DNA of 30,011 nt from Candidatus Omnitrophota bacterium (GTDB lineage Bacteria; Ratteibacteria; UBA8468; MWAK01), in contig JAZDPL010000052.1 of the NCBI GenBank assembly GCA_043797665.1, positions 1 through 30,011 on the forward strand, in the 5' to 3' direction. The position numbers were made by a program, and so were the translations under genes. Shown here one piece after another: positions 1 to 8,734 of this stretch. The number at the start of each line of letters is the position of its first letter. Position 1 is the first letter of the stretch. Under the pieces are notes generated by a model. That model was given only the letters and a program-made list of their open reading frames with translations. It was not told the origin of the DNA and made no database searches.

Positions 1-1
1 C

Positions 2-121
2 ACTCCCGGCAAGAATGGCCATCTTCGCAGTCGCACCATGATAAAGAGGATATTGAGTGAGAAAATACACGCCCAGGAGTTACGCAAGCATCTTGATGGC
101 TGGGATGATTTATGGCGTTGA
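2..121 (+). CDS. 3' end of a gene entering from the left edge (unknown product)
   Basis: Open frame TPGKNGHLRSRTMIKRILSEKIHAQELRKHLDGWDDLWR ends at TGA 119-121, converging on the next gene across a small AT-rich hairpin. No family recognised. Confidence 0.4.
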   Translation, partial: TPGKNGHLRSRTMIKRILSEKIHAQELRKHLDGWDDLWR

Positions 122-143
122 TTTTTCTTATTTTAGAAAACGG

Positions 144-413
144 TTAAAACGGTATGGCATCTTTAGCTTCTTTCTCCATTTTCGCAAGCCTCGTATAATA
201 ATCAGGAAATTCAGTAAGATGCGCTAAGGCGATTTTCCCTGTCGTTAAGGAATCATCATTCGTAACATTTGTTGCCGGGTCATGTAAGCCATGCTCTAAT
301 TCTACATCCATTCCCATCCGAAATTGCTCAACATCAAACGCATTCCAACGAACTCCTAATTTCTCGCCAATTTCCTTTGCTTCGCTTGCCGTAAAGTGTT
401 TTTTAGCCTCCAT
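144..413 (-). CDS. DUF5661-like small protein
   Basis: 89 aa with GMDVELEHG ... KIALAHL.E.PDYYTRL motifs; strong SD AAAGGAG upstream. Confidence 0.75.
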   Translation of the reverse strand: MEAKKHFTASEAKEIGEKLGVRWNAFDVEQFRMGMDVELEHGLHDPATNVTNDDSLTTGKIALAHLTEFPDYYTRLAKMEKEAKDAIPF

Positions 414-511
414 TTTCTCCTTTCAATTATCTGTTATGCGGCCTGACCCCTGGATTTTTTCAGATCTTAGTGGACAAAATTGCCTAAATAGATACCGTAC
501 CTTTCCTCTAA

Positions 512-540
512 ATATTATCACCTTGCTGTAGGCAAGTCAA
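512..540 (-). promoter_or_regulatory. sigma70-type promoter for the DUF5661-like gene
   Basis: TTGACT-N17-TAATAT with extended -10 TG. Confidence 0.6.
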
Positions 541-546
541 AAAAAC

Positions 547-568
547 TAATTGCGACTGGGTGGTGGGG
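547..568 (+). repeat. junction direct repeat, copy 1 (TAATTGCGACTGGGTGGTGGGG)
   Basis: 22/22 identical to 2336-2357; related copies at 1132-1152 and 8778-8797. Confidence 0.85.
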
Positions 569-708
569 TAAAAAATAAAAAGCGAATTAGGTGCTCAAAT
601 AGTGTCTGGTCAGGAGTGAAATGTGGTAGAATTGGGAGTAGTAATTGGTTGGAAAAAATAACGTGATTCAGATAAGATAAATATGTTAAAATAACGATTG
701 GGGGAGGT

Positions 709-1125
709 ATGAAATCGACGACCGAATATTTGACGTTCTGTACAAAAGAAAAAAGGACCCTTATCAATATTACCTCCAAGGTGGAAGATGTGGTTCAGAA
801 GAGTGGGGTAAAGGAAGGTTTGTGTTTGGTCAATGCGATGCATATCACAGCCAGTATCTTTATCAATGACGACGAGTCCGGACTACACCGGGATTTTTTA
901 GAATGGTTAGAAAAGCTGGCACCCTATTCAAAGACCGCGTATAACCACAACCAAACCGGAGAGGATAACGGAGACGCCCATCTGAAAAGAACTGTGATGG
1001 GCAGAGAAGTGATGGTAGCAATAACCAACGGTAGATTGGATTTTGGTCCCTGGGAACAGATATTCTACGGTGAGTTTGACGGCTGCCGTCCGAAGAAAGT
1101 CTTGGTAAAAGTCCTCGGAGAATAA
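709..1125 (+). CDS. yjbQ: YjbQ/UPF0047 family protein (secondary thiamine-phosphate synthase-like)
   Basis: [24 protein letters not shown] and [13 protein letters not shown] motifs; SD GGGGGAGGT. Confidence 0.9.
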   Translation: MKSTTEYLTFCTKEKRTLINITSKVEDVVQKSGVKEGLCLVNAMHITASIFINDDESGLHRDFLEWLEKLAPYSKTAYNHNQTGEDNGDAHLKRTVMGREVMVAITNGRLDFGPWEQIFYGEFDGCRPKKVLVKVLGE

Positions 1126-1131
1126 CCCGGT

Positions 1132-1152
1132 TTGCGGCTGGAGGGTGGGGTA
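1132..1152 (+). repeat. junction direct repeat, degenerate copy 2, merging into a G-rich tract
   Basis: TTGCGGCTGGAGGGTGGGGTA vs 550-570 TTGCGACTGGGTGGTGGGGTA (18/21). Confidence 0.65.
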
Positions 1153-1176
1153 GGGTGGCGGGAAAAAGATACTCAT

Positions 1177-2247
1177 TTAACCAATCTTCCTATACCTTAC
1201 GCTTCTTCCAAGACCGAGACGCTCAATCTTCTTAAGTTTCAGGAGTTTATTGAGAGCCTGGTTGACCGTTGGCCGAGCTACCTTGGTTTTTTCGGATATT
1301 TCCCTGGGAGTGGCCTCTTTTACGGTCTGAAGGTATTGCCAGACAGAGAATTGCTTCTGGGATAGGATCTTTTCAATATCTTCTTTGGACAGAAGGTCCA
1401 CCGCCATTTCCGATTGCTTAAAGAATACCCCCAGGAAGAAATCAAGCCAGGGAACAATATCCTCATTCCTGGTTTTGAAGGTCTTCTGGCTTTTTCTCAA
1501 GGCCATGTAGTAGTCTGGTTTATTATCTTCAATCAGTTTTTCATGAGATACATAAGGCATATACAAATAGCCTTCCCTTAATAACAGAAGGTTGGTGAGG
1601 ATTCGGGAAAGACGGCCGTTGCCGTCTTGGAAGGGGTGAATCTTTAGAAACTCAACCAGAAAGTTGGCTATGACAAGAAGCGGGTGGTGTTTTCTTTCTT
1701 TAAGGACATTCTGGGTCCACTCCACCAAATCAAGCATTTCCTTGGGGGTGAGGTAGGCGGGGGTGGTGTCAAAAAGGATGCCGATCGATTTTCCGGCTTC
1801 GTCTATCATCTGAACCTTATTTTCCTGTTTCTTATATTCTCCCCTGTGACGAATATCTTTTTCAACATATTTGAGCATTTCCCGGTGAAAATACTTAATG
1901 GTGCTTTCCGAGAAACGGAGACTTCCCCAGGAATCAAAGACATTCTGGAGGAGCTCGTAGTATCCTTTGACTTCCTGTTTGTCCCGGTCGGAAAACTTCT
2001 GGATGCTGATGCCCCGCATCAGTTTTTCTATGTCTTCATCGGAAAGCCGGGCGCCTTCAATCCGGGTGGAAGCGCCGGTTGAGGTAACCAGAACCGACCT
2101 CTTAAGACGCCCCAGTGCCTGAGGACTAAGTCTTGCCCCGGCTATCCATTGGCCTTTCAGTTCGTCTATCCGGGCGATTTTTGACCAAAGGGACGCGGGG
2201 ATGTTTTGAATCCTTTTCTCAAGCCCGTTATTGTTTTTCATAGTCAT
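1177..2247 (-). CDS. Fic family protein (class II-type) with C-terminal winged HTH
   Basis: Canonical Fic motif HPFQDGNGRLSR; N-terminal inhibitory motif STRIEG; C-terminal TPREISEKTKVARPTVNQALNKL HTH. Confidence 0.9.
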   Translation of the reverse strand: MTMKNNNGLEKRIQNIPASLWSKIARIDELKGQWIAGARLSPQALGRLKRSVLVTSTGASTRIEGARLSDEDIEKLMRGISIQKFSDRDKQEVKGYYELLQNVFDSWGSLRFSESTIKYFHREMLKYVEKDIRHRGEYKKQENKVQMIDEAGKSIGILFDTTPAYLTPKEMLDLVEWTQNVLKERKHHPLLVIANFLVEFLKIHPFQDGNGRLSRILTNLLLLREGYLYMPYVSHEKLIEDNKPDYYMALRKSQKTFKTRNEDIVPWLDFFLGVFFKQSEMAVDLLSKEDIEKILSQKQFSVWQYLQTVKEATPREISEKTKVARPTVNQALNKLLKLKKIERLGLGRSVRYRKIG

Positions 2248-2267
2248 AAGTAATTAATAGGAAAAAG

Positions 2268-2321
2268 TAATCTCATACTTCAACTATATTAGATTATATT
2301 AGATTATGGAAGAAAAGTCAA
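2268..2321 (-). promoter_or_regulatory. fic promoter overlapped by repeated operator-like boxes
   Basis: TTGACT(2321-2316)-N17-TATAAT(2298-2293); TATTAGATTA at 2287-2296 and 2297-2306; inverted copy TAATCTCATA at 2268-2277. Confidence 0.7.
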
Positions 2322-2335
2322 AAGGGAGAGAGAAT

Positions 2336-2357
2336 TAATTGCGACTGGGTGGTGGGG
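2336..2357 (+). repeat. junction direct repeat, copy 3
   Basis: Identical to 547-568. Confidence 0.85.
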
Positions 2358-2436
2358 GGGCACGTCAGACCTCGAAAAATTTGGCTTTCGGGGAACCGCA
2401 AACAGATAAAAGGGAAAGGTATGGTGCCGGCAAAAA

Positions 2437-3146
2437 CTAATAGCCGAAGAAGTTTTCCGTATGTATCTGCTCTCTGCGGACATTTTTCAGGCAGACTTCG
2501 AACATCGCCTTTACCATCCCCGGCGGTCCGAAGATGAGGATTGTTCGGTCCCGGGCATCAGGCATCCTGGTTGCTAATACATTCTCATCGATGCGACCGT
2601 ATAAACATTCAGGGTCTTTCGATTGGTAATCGGTCAGTGTGTAAAAAACCTTCAGGTTGGGATTTTCTTTGCGCCAGCGGTCAATCTCGGGTTTAAAGGC
2701 AATCTCTTCTTCCACCCGGTTTGAATAGAGGAGGACAACGTCGGTCTTCAACTTCCGGTCTGTAATATATTCCAAAATTGAAATTACCGGCGTGATACCG
2801 ATGCCGCCGATTAAAAAACCGATTTTCGGCTGTTCCTTCCGGAAGACGCAGTTGCCCAGCGGACCCTTTAACCAAACATCCTCCCCGGGCTGTGCAGTGC
2901 TTTAAGTCTGTTTGAAAAATCGCTGTCACTCAAGCGCTTGGTGAACTCAAGATAATCCCGTTCCGGCGAAGCTGAGGAGGAAAGATACTTGTTTAACAAC
3001 TGGTTGCCGGAATTGGCCGGGTCGAAGATAACCTGCAGAAATTGGCCGGGAATGAAATTCGGCTTTTGTTCCGGGATGAACCGGAAGCTTTCGACGGTGT
3101 CGGTTCTTTTTACCCGCTCCTTGAATTTTACCTTAAAAAAATTCAT
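2437..3146 (-). pseudogene. FAD/NAD(P)H-dependent oxidoreductase (ferredoxin reductase-like), frameshifted
   Basis: The N-part (F.PGQF, KYLSSSASP) and C-part (KGPLG, IGGIGITP, YSNR, FGPPGMV, IHTENFFGY) join if a 2-bp TG duplication at 2891-2894 is removed, giving about 235 aa. Confidence 0.8.
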
Positions 3147-3177
3147 AGACTAACAGAACCCAAACCTCTCCTCACTC

Positions 3178-3666
3178 CTATCCTTTTCTTTTGGCCAGAT
3201 TCCGGTCCATCACGGCGACAGCTTCGGACCCGGATTTCCCCGCTTTCAGTCCAGCGATAATCCGGGAAACGTTCTCTTCCTCTTCAGACTGTTCCTTGAC
3301 AAACCACTGGAGAAAGGTGAAAGCGGCTTTATCGTCCGCTTCTTTGGAAATACCGCAGAGCCGCTTAATCACCCCGGTTACTTTCTGTTCGTGCCTGTAA
3401 ACCAGTTCAAACAGGCACGGGGATGAAGTGAACTTTACCGGCGGCTGGTCAATCGCCTTCAAAACAACCTTTTCCCCCCGGCTAACCAAAAAATCATATA
3501 TCTTCATCCCGTGCGTCCACTCTTCCTTGAACTGAACCTTCAGCCAGTGCGAGAACCCCGTGAGCGGAATCGAATCGCAGTAGGCGGCCATAGACAAATA
3601 GAGATACGCTGAATAAAATTCTTTGTTTATCTGGTCGTTTAGAGCATCCCGTAATTTTTTGTTCAT
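3178..3666 (-). CDS. ftnA: non-heme ferritin
   Basis: NKEFYSAYLY, EEWTH, HEQKVT and FLQWFVKEQSEEE ferroxidase-centre motifs; SD GGAGG. Confidence 0.92.
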   Translation of the reverse strand: MNKKLRDALNDQINKEFYSAYLYLSMAAYCDSIPLTGFSHWLKVQFKEEWTHGMKIYDFLVSRGEKVVLKAIDQPPVKFTSSPCLFELVYRHEQKVTGVIKRLCGISKEADDKAAFTFLQWFVKEQSEEEENVSRIIAGLKAGKSGSEAVAVMDRNLAKRKG

Positions 3667-3738
3667 TTGACATCCTCCATTTGCCCATCAAAAAGAAACA
3701 TTTTAGCCTGATACCCTGCCTGTATATCTTCAGATTTT

Positions 3739-3773
3739 AGTGGAAACAATCACCTGATTTCAAGTTTGGGGTT
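3739..3773 (-). repeat. shared leader segment (ferritin copy)
   Basis: 32/35 identical to 8658-8692; 3729-3755 is 22/27 identical to 459-485. Confidence 0.8.
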
Positions 3774-3798
3774 AACTTCATTTTCACTGACTAACCAA

Positions 3799-3827
3799 AT
3801 CTTACCACCCCGTCAGGATAATCTCAA
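3799..3827 (-). promoter_or_regulatory. sigma70-type promoter for ferritin
   Basis: TTGAGA-N17-TAAGAT with extended -10 TG. Confidence 0.5.
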
Positions 3828-3912
3828 GCCCAGGATTATTGTGGTTTTGTAGTGAACCCTTATCCTTGGACTGGGGTGACCCCGCTATTTCATTTGTTTT
3901 GATTTCTTATTT

Positions 3913-4572
3913 CTATGTATTTTCACTATGTTTGATTAGTTTTGCTTCCGCCACGTAAACCACATCTTCGGCAATGTTGGTGGCATGGTCGCAAATGCGC
4001 TCTAAATGACGGGCGACCAGGATAAGCGGAATAGCCCGGGGAGCAAGATTGCAATCGCGGCTGATAATCTCAGTCAGTTCCTTGTAAACGGCGTCTTTCA
4101 AAAAGTCAGCTTCATCATCCTGTTTTCTGACGGAACGGGCCAGTTCTCCATCGAGGTTTACGAATGATTTGATACTCTCGTGGATCATATTTTGAGCAAG
4201 GCGTGCCAACTTAGGGATATCAATCAAAGGTTTAATGAGGGGTTGGCCAACTAACTCCAAGGTACGCTGGGCAATGTCAACCGCCAGGTCAGCCATCCGT
4301 TCCAGGTCGGTACCTATCTTCGTCGTCATAACAATCATCCGTAAATCTTTGGCAACCGGCTGGTTGCGAACAATAAAAACAAGCGTCTTTTCGTCGATTT
4401 CGTTCTCTAACCGATCGATACTGACATCTGCGGTGATTACCTCGTTGGCCAGTTCCGGGGAGAGACGTTCCAGAGAAGATACCGCTTTGCTGATTGCCTC
4501 TTCAACCATCCCACTCATTACCAGAATGGTACGTTTCAGTTCTTCTAATTCCAACTCGAAATGCCGTTCCAT
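3913..4572 (-). CDS. phoU: phosphate signalling complex protein PhoU
   Basis: QPVAKDLR, DLERMAD and HLERICDHATNIAE motifs; last gene of the pst cluster. Confidence 0.95.
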   Translation of the reverse strand: MERHFELELEELKRTILVMSGMVEEAISKAVSSLERLSPELANEVITADVSIDRLENEIDEKTLVFIVRNQPVAKDLRMIVMTTKIGTDLERMADLAVDIAQRTLELVGQPLIKPLIDIPKLARLAQNMIHESIKSFVNLDGELARSVRKQDDEADFLKDAVYKELTEIISRDCNLAPRAIPLILVARHLERICDHATNIAEDVVYVAEAKLIKHSENT

Positions 4573-4592
4573 AAAAGCCTCCCTCTTTTTTA

Positions 4593-5348
4593 TTAGCCAA
4601 AACGCCCGGTAATATATCTTTCAGTGCGAGTATCCTGGGGTTTCTCAAATACCTGTCTGGTCTCTCCAAATTCGACTAAATCACCGAGAAGGAAAAAGCC
4701 GCAGGAGTCGGAAATTCTGGCTGCCTGGTCCATATTGTGAGTTACGATAATAATCGTATATGTTATTTTAAGTTCTAACATTAATTCTTCTAACTTTTCA
4801 GTAGCGATAGAGTCAAGGGCGCTGCAAGGTTCGTCTAAGAGTATTATGTCAGGTTTGGTAGCAACTATTCTGGCCAGACAAAGCCGCTGCTGTTGGTCCA
4901 GAGGTAAAGAACATGCATCTTTTTTGAGGATATCCTTAAGGTCATTCCACAGCCAGGTGCTGCGCAGACTCTCCTCTACAACTCGGTCCCATTCTTTTTT
5001 GGGAAGAAGGTTATGTATTTTTAGACCGTATGTTACATTATCCCTGACGGAAAGCGGAAAAGGGTTCGGTCTCTGAAAGACCATCCCGATTTTTTTACGG
5101 AGTGAAATGAGGTCTGTGCTGGTAGCGTAAATGTTATTTCCGGCAATGGTAACCGCACCTTCTGTTTTTACATCTGGAATAAGATCGTTCATACGATTGA
5201 GACAACGTAAAAAAGTTGATTTGCCGCAACCAGACGGTCCGATCAGCGCAGTAATCCGATTCGCCTCAAAGTTTACATTTACATCTCTGAGTGCTTGGAA
5301 AGTTCCGTAGTAAAGGTTGAGACCTTTTACTTCTACTGTACAAACCAT
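4593..5348 (-). CDS. pstB: phosphate ABC transporter ATPase with degenerate signature motif
   Basis: GPSGCGKST, GMVFQRPNPF, LLDEP, VTHNM and YITGRFG; signature reads LPLDQ instead of LSGGQ. Confidence 0.92.
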   Translation of the reverse strand: MVCTVEVKGLNLYYGTFQALRDVNVNFEANRITALIGPSGCGKSTFLRCLNRMNDLIPDVKTEGAVTIAGNNIYATSTDLISLRKKIGMVFQRPNPFPLSVRDNVTYGLKIHNLLPKKEWDRVVEESLRSTWLWNDLKDILKKDACSLPLDQQQRLCLARIVATKPDIILLDEPCSALDSIATEKLEELMLELKITYTIIIVTHNMDQAARISDSCGFFLLGDLVEFGETRQVFEKPQDTRTERYITGRFG

Positions 5349-5351
5349 TTC

Positions 5352-6110
5352 TTATCCGAATTTTCCGGCTATGTAATTTTCAGTCATTTTGTCTTTAGGT
5401 GCAGTAAAAATCTGTTCCGTTTCGCCATATTCCACCATCTTGCCTTGAAGGAAAAAAGCGGTATAGTCAGCCACGCGCGCAACCTGCTTGGTATTGTTTG
5501 TTACCAGGATGAACGAGACCTCTTTTTTAAGATGGATGATAGTTTCTTCTATTTTGGCCGTGGAAATCGGGTCCAGTCCGCTGCACGGATCATCCAGGAG
5601 GATAACCTGCGGTTTTAAGGCAATGATTCTGGCTAAGCATAGACGCTGTTGCTGGCCGCCGGAAAGTTTTAAAGCCGATAAGTTCAGGCGGTTTTGTACT
5701 TCATCCCATAAAGAAGCGGCTTGGAGTCCGTATCTTACCAACCGTTCAAGTTCGGCACGGTTCTTTACTCCCATCAGCCTGGGACCAAAAGTCAGATTGC
5801 GATAGATAGACATTGGCAATGGAATTGGCAGGGCGAAGACCATCCCGATTTTTCTTCTCAGTTCAACAAGATTGATTGATGAGTCAAAAATATCTTTGCC
5901 TTCAAAGATTACCGTCCCTTTTGTTTGATATCCTTCGTCGAACTCAATCAGGCGGTTAAGGAGGCGTAAAAACGAAGTTTTACCGCTGCCCGTCGGACCG
6001 ATGATGCCCAGGATGCTGTTCCGGTTCAGGGAGAGAGAGATTGAGGTTAGAATCGATTTACCGTTATTCCAAAGGGAGAGGTCTTTAGTCTCCAGAATCG
6101 GGTCACTCAT
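5352..6110 (-). CDS. pstB: phosphate ABC transporter ATPase paralogue with degenerate catalytic motifs
   Basis: GPTGSGKTS, LSGGQQQR and YIAGKFG; but Q-loop GMVFALP, Walker B LLDDP and H-switch VTNN. Confidence 0.9.
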   Translation of the reverse strand: MSDPILETKDLSLWNNGKSILTSISLSLNRNSILGIIGPTGSGKTSFLRLLNRLIEFDEGYQTKGTVIFEGKDIFDSSINLVELRRKIGMVFALPIPLPMSIYRNLTFGPRLMGVKNRAELERLVRYGLQAASLWDEVQNRLNLSALKLSGGQQQRLCLARIIALKPQVILLDDPCSGLDPISTAKIEETIIHLKKEVSFILVTNNTKQVARVADYTAFFLQGKMVEYGETEQIFTAPKDKMTENYIAGKFG

Positions 6111-6949
6111 GATTTTTCAATAAATTTATGCATGGCATAATAGGCGAAGGTGTTAATGACAAGTATCATCAAGACCAAAAGTGCGGCTGTACCGTAAGCA
6201 TTCGGCATACTGATACCTTCCCGGGCCAGAATATAAAAATGGACCGCCATGGTCCGGACTGAGTCCATAGCCGAAAGAGGTATCTTCAAAGAAGAACCGG
6301 CAGTGAAGATCACCGCCGCAGTCTCACCGATGGAGCGACCGAACGCAAGCATCACACCGGTGAAGATGCCGGGGAGAGCAGAAGGCAGGACAACTTTTGT
6401 AATTCCTTCCCATTTGGTCGCACCCAGAGAGAGAGCTACTTCCCGGTAATACCGAGGGACTGATTTAATAGATTCTTCGCTGGTTCTGATTATGGTGGGA
6501 AGTACCATGATGGCAAGAGTTAGCCCGCCGGAAAGGATTGACCAACCCATTTTGAGGGTGACCACAAAGAGGACGAAGCCAAAAAGTCCGAAGATGATGG
6601 ATGGAACTCCAGCTAAACATTCGGCACCGAACCTTATGATTGTGGTAAGTTTAGTTTCCTTGGTGTATTCGGTCAAATAGATTGCGGTTCCCACACCTGA
6701 AGGAACAGCGAACAAAAGCGCTACCAGAGGCAACAGGAACGTGCCTAAAATGGTCGGAAAGATTCCGCCTGCTTCACCCATTGTTTTCGGCATACCGAAA
6801 ATGAATTTAAGCCTCAACACCGGTAATCCCTTTGCCAGAATATATCCGAGAATGAAAAGTAAGATGAAGAGTACCAACGCAGCCATAACTCCAAAATAGA
6901 CATCCGTTATCCGTTGTGTTCTAACCGGGTTATATCCAAGTATTTTCAT
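6107..6949 (-). CDS. pstA: phosphate ABC transporter permease PstA
   Basis: AIYLTEY, LAGVPSIIFGLFG, EAA-like loop and GRSIGETA; overlaps pstB. Confidence 0.93.
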   Translation of the reverse strand: MKILGYNPVRTQRITDVYFGVMAALVLFILLFILGYILAKGLPVLRLKFIFGMPKTMGEAGGIFPTILGTFLLPLVALLFAVPSGVGTAIYLTEYTKETKLTTIIRFGAECLAGVPSIIFGLFGFVLFVVTLKMGWSILSGGLTLAIMVLPTIIRTSEESIKSVPRYYREVALSLGATKWEGITKVVLPSALPGIFTGVMLAFGRSIGETAAVIFTAGSSLKIPLSAMDSVRTMAVHFYILAREGISMPNAYGTAALLVLMILVINTFAYYAMHKFIEKS

Positions 6950-7800
6950 TTGGCCGCTTCCTTACATCCCAGCCGGGAGATGTAGGTAGCCATTAAGTTC
7001 AGAACCATGATGAAGATAAAAAGTATTATTCCGGTAGCAAAGAGCGCCTTTTGATGGTCACCGGTGGCATAACCCATTTCCAGAGCGATATTGCTGGTAA
7101 GCGGCCTGACCGGGTCCAGAAGCGAGTGGGGTATATTGAGCGCATTTCCGGCTACCATGATGACGGCCATCGTTTCACCGATGGCGCGTCCCATTCCAAG
7201 AATTACCGAAGCCAGGATGCCATTACGCGCCGCACGCACCACGACAAAAATGGTTGTTTGCCAGCGTGTCGCTCCCATGGAGATAGACGCTTCGCGGAAC
7301 GAGTTTGGAACCGCCTTTAATGAATCGGTAGAGATGCTGACAATGGTTGGTAAAATCATTATTCCCAAAATTATACTTCCAGCCAGCAGGGAAAAACCCG
7401 GTCCGCCTAAAATCCCTCTTATAAACGGAATCAGGATTACCACACCCATAAATCCGTAGACCACCGAAGGTATTCCTGCCAGAAGTTCGATGGCAGGTTT
7501 GAGGAACTTCCGGATTTTGTCACCAGCGATTTCAGCCAGAAATATGGCGCAGGAAAGTCCGGTCGGGACCCCGATAATCAGTGCGCCAATCGTTATCCAG
7601 ACCGAAGAGAGAATCATCGGCAGAATTCCAAATTCACCGTTTGAAGGCGACCATTCTCTGCCGGTGAGAAAATTAAGGATTCCAATCTTAAATATCAGGG
7701 GTAGACCTTCCCGGAAGATGAAAAAGGTTATCACTGCCAAAGACGCAATCGAAGAGAAGGCGATGATCAGAAGCACCTTGCCGGCAAAATTTTTGTTCAT
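6946..7800 (-). CDS. pstC: phosphate ABC transporter permease PstC
   Basis: W.P..G.FGILPMI, ELLAGIPSVVYG and GMGRAIGETMAV. Confidence 0.93.
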   Translation of the reverse strand: MNKNFAGKVLLIIAFSSIASLAVITFFIFREGLPLIFKIGILNFLTGREWSPSNGEFGILPMILSSVWITIGALIIGVPTGLSCAIFLAEIAGDKIRKFLKPAIELLAGIPSVVYGFMGVVILIPFIRGILGGPGFSLLAGSIILGIMILPTIVSISTDSLKAVPNSFREASISMGATRWQTTIFVVVRAARNGILASVILGMGRAIGETMAVIMVAGNALNIPHSLLDPVRPLTSNIALEMGYATGDHQKALFATGIILFIFIMVLNLMATYISRLGCKEAAK

Positions 7801-8639
7801 TGCATAATTTCTATTTTAATTAGACCTTTCTTCGCCACTATATCCTGGCCTTCTTCAGAGAGGCAAAAGTTAATGAAATCTTCAGCCAGAGGGTTATTTC
7901 GGTTTTTCAGAATAAAGAGAAAAGGCCGAAATATTCCGTATCTTTTATCTTTAACCGTTTCTACGGTCGGGAGGATACCATCAATGGCGAGCGGTTTTAC
8001 CCGTTTGTCTACCAGCCCTAACGAAATATAACCGACGGCGTTCGGATCACCGGCCACGATTTCCCTTACGGCTCCGTTGGAATCTTGTACCAATGCCGAA
8101 TTGGAGATTCGCTCACTCTTTTTGGAACCCGGTACCCTCATAACCGTTTCTTCAAAACTTTTTCGGGTTCCGGAACCTTCTTCCCGCGTGACTACGGTAA
8201 TAGGCAGGTTGTCTATTTTGGAAATGCGACCGGCAAAGAGGTCTCTTAATTGTTCACTGGATAAGTCGGCCAGGGAGGAACTAGCGTTAGCGATGATGGC
8301 GATAGCGTCTAAAGCCACCAAGACCTTGGATAATTTTTTCTGGCCGTTAGAATCAGATTCTTCATCAGGTTGAAGTTCTCGCGACGACATGCCAATATCC
8401 GAAACGCCGGTAAGGGCTGATTCGATGCCGGCGCTCGAACCGCCTCCTTGGACGACTACTTTGGCTTCCGGATGCTTTGCAGTATAAGCCTCTGCCCACA
8501 ATTCGGCAAAGGGCTGAACAGAGGTTGAACCGGCAAGGATAAGTTTCTTTCCGGTATGTTTGGCGCACGAACTGAGAAAGGAACAGATAACGATGGTTAT
8601 CAGAAGAGAGGTTGTGGATTTCAGGTGGTGTAAGGTCAT
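7797..8639 (-). CDS. pstS: phosphate ABC transporter substrate-binding lipoprotein
   Basis: Lipobox-like LSSC; GSTSV, GGGSSAG, SSR, REEGSGTR and GYISLG motifs. Confidence 0.9.
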   Translation of the reverse strand: MTLHHLKSTTSLLITIVICSFLSSCAKHTGKKLILAGSTSVQPFAELWAEAYTAKHPEAKVVVQGGGSSAGIESALTGVSDIGMSSRELQPDEESDSNGQKKLSKVLVALDAIAIIANASSSLADLSSEQLRDLFAGRISKIDNLPITVVTREEGSGTRKSFEETVMRVPGSKKSERISNSALVQDSNGAVREIVAGDPNAVGYISLGLVDKRVKPLAIDGILPTVETVKDKRYGIFRPFLFILKNRNNPLAEDFINFCLSEEGQDIVAKKGLIKIEIMQ

Positions 8640-8657
8640 GACAGATTATACTTTGCC

Positions 8658-8692
8658 AATGGAAACAATCGCCTGATTTCAAGTTTGCGGTT
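8658..8692 (-). repeat. shared leader segment (pstS copy)
   Basis: 32/35 identical to 3739-3773. Confidence 0.8.
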
Positions 8693-8734
8693 TGGTGTTG
8701 GTCCGGGTCATTCCCCTTCTTGGACACCGAACAA

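Noticed and set aside
664..692. dif/pdif-like site (ATATGTTAAAA resembles the XerD arm)
   Set aside because: The spacer to the ATAA of a putative XerC arm is 5 bp rather than 6 and that arm is poor. The sequence is better read as an extended -10 (TGTTAAAAT) for yjbQ.
547..2357. CRISPR array or integron attC array
   Set aside because: The spacers are whole genes of unequal size with their own promoters, the repeats are non-palindromic and lack attC core sites, and no cas or intI gene is in the window.
3700..3760. Fluoride or c-di-AMP riboswitch in the shared leader
   Set aside because: Only superficial similarity (GGUG-8nt-CACU stem; AAUCUG..CAGG.AGGG). The pseudoknot partner and conserved 3' motifs are missing, and the stem is not preserved in the other two copies.
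8365..8727. 120-aa ORF overlapping pstS as a full gene
   Set aside because: Most of it is an alternative frame of pstS; only its 5' part is kept as a possible leader peptide.
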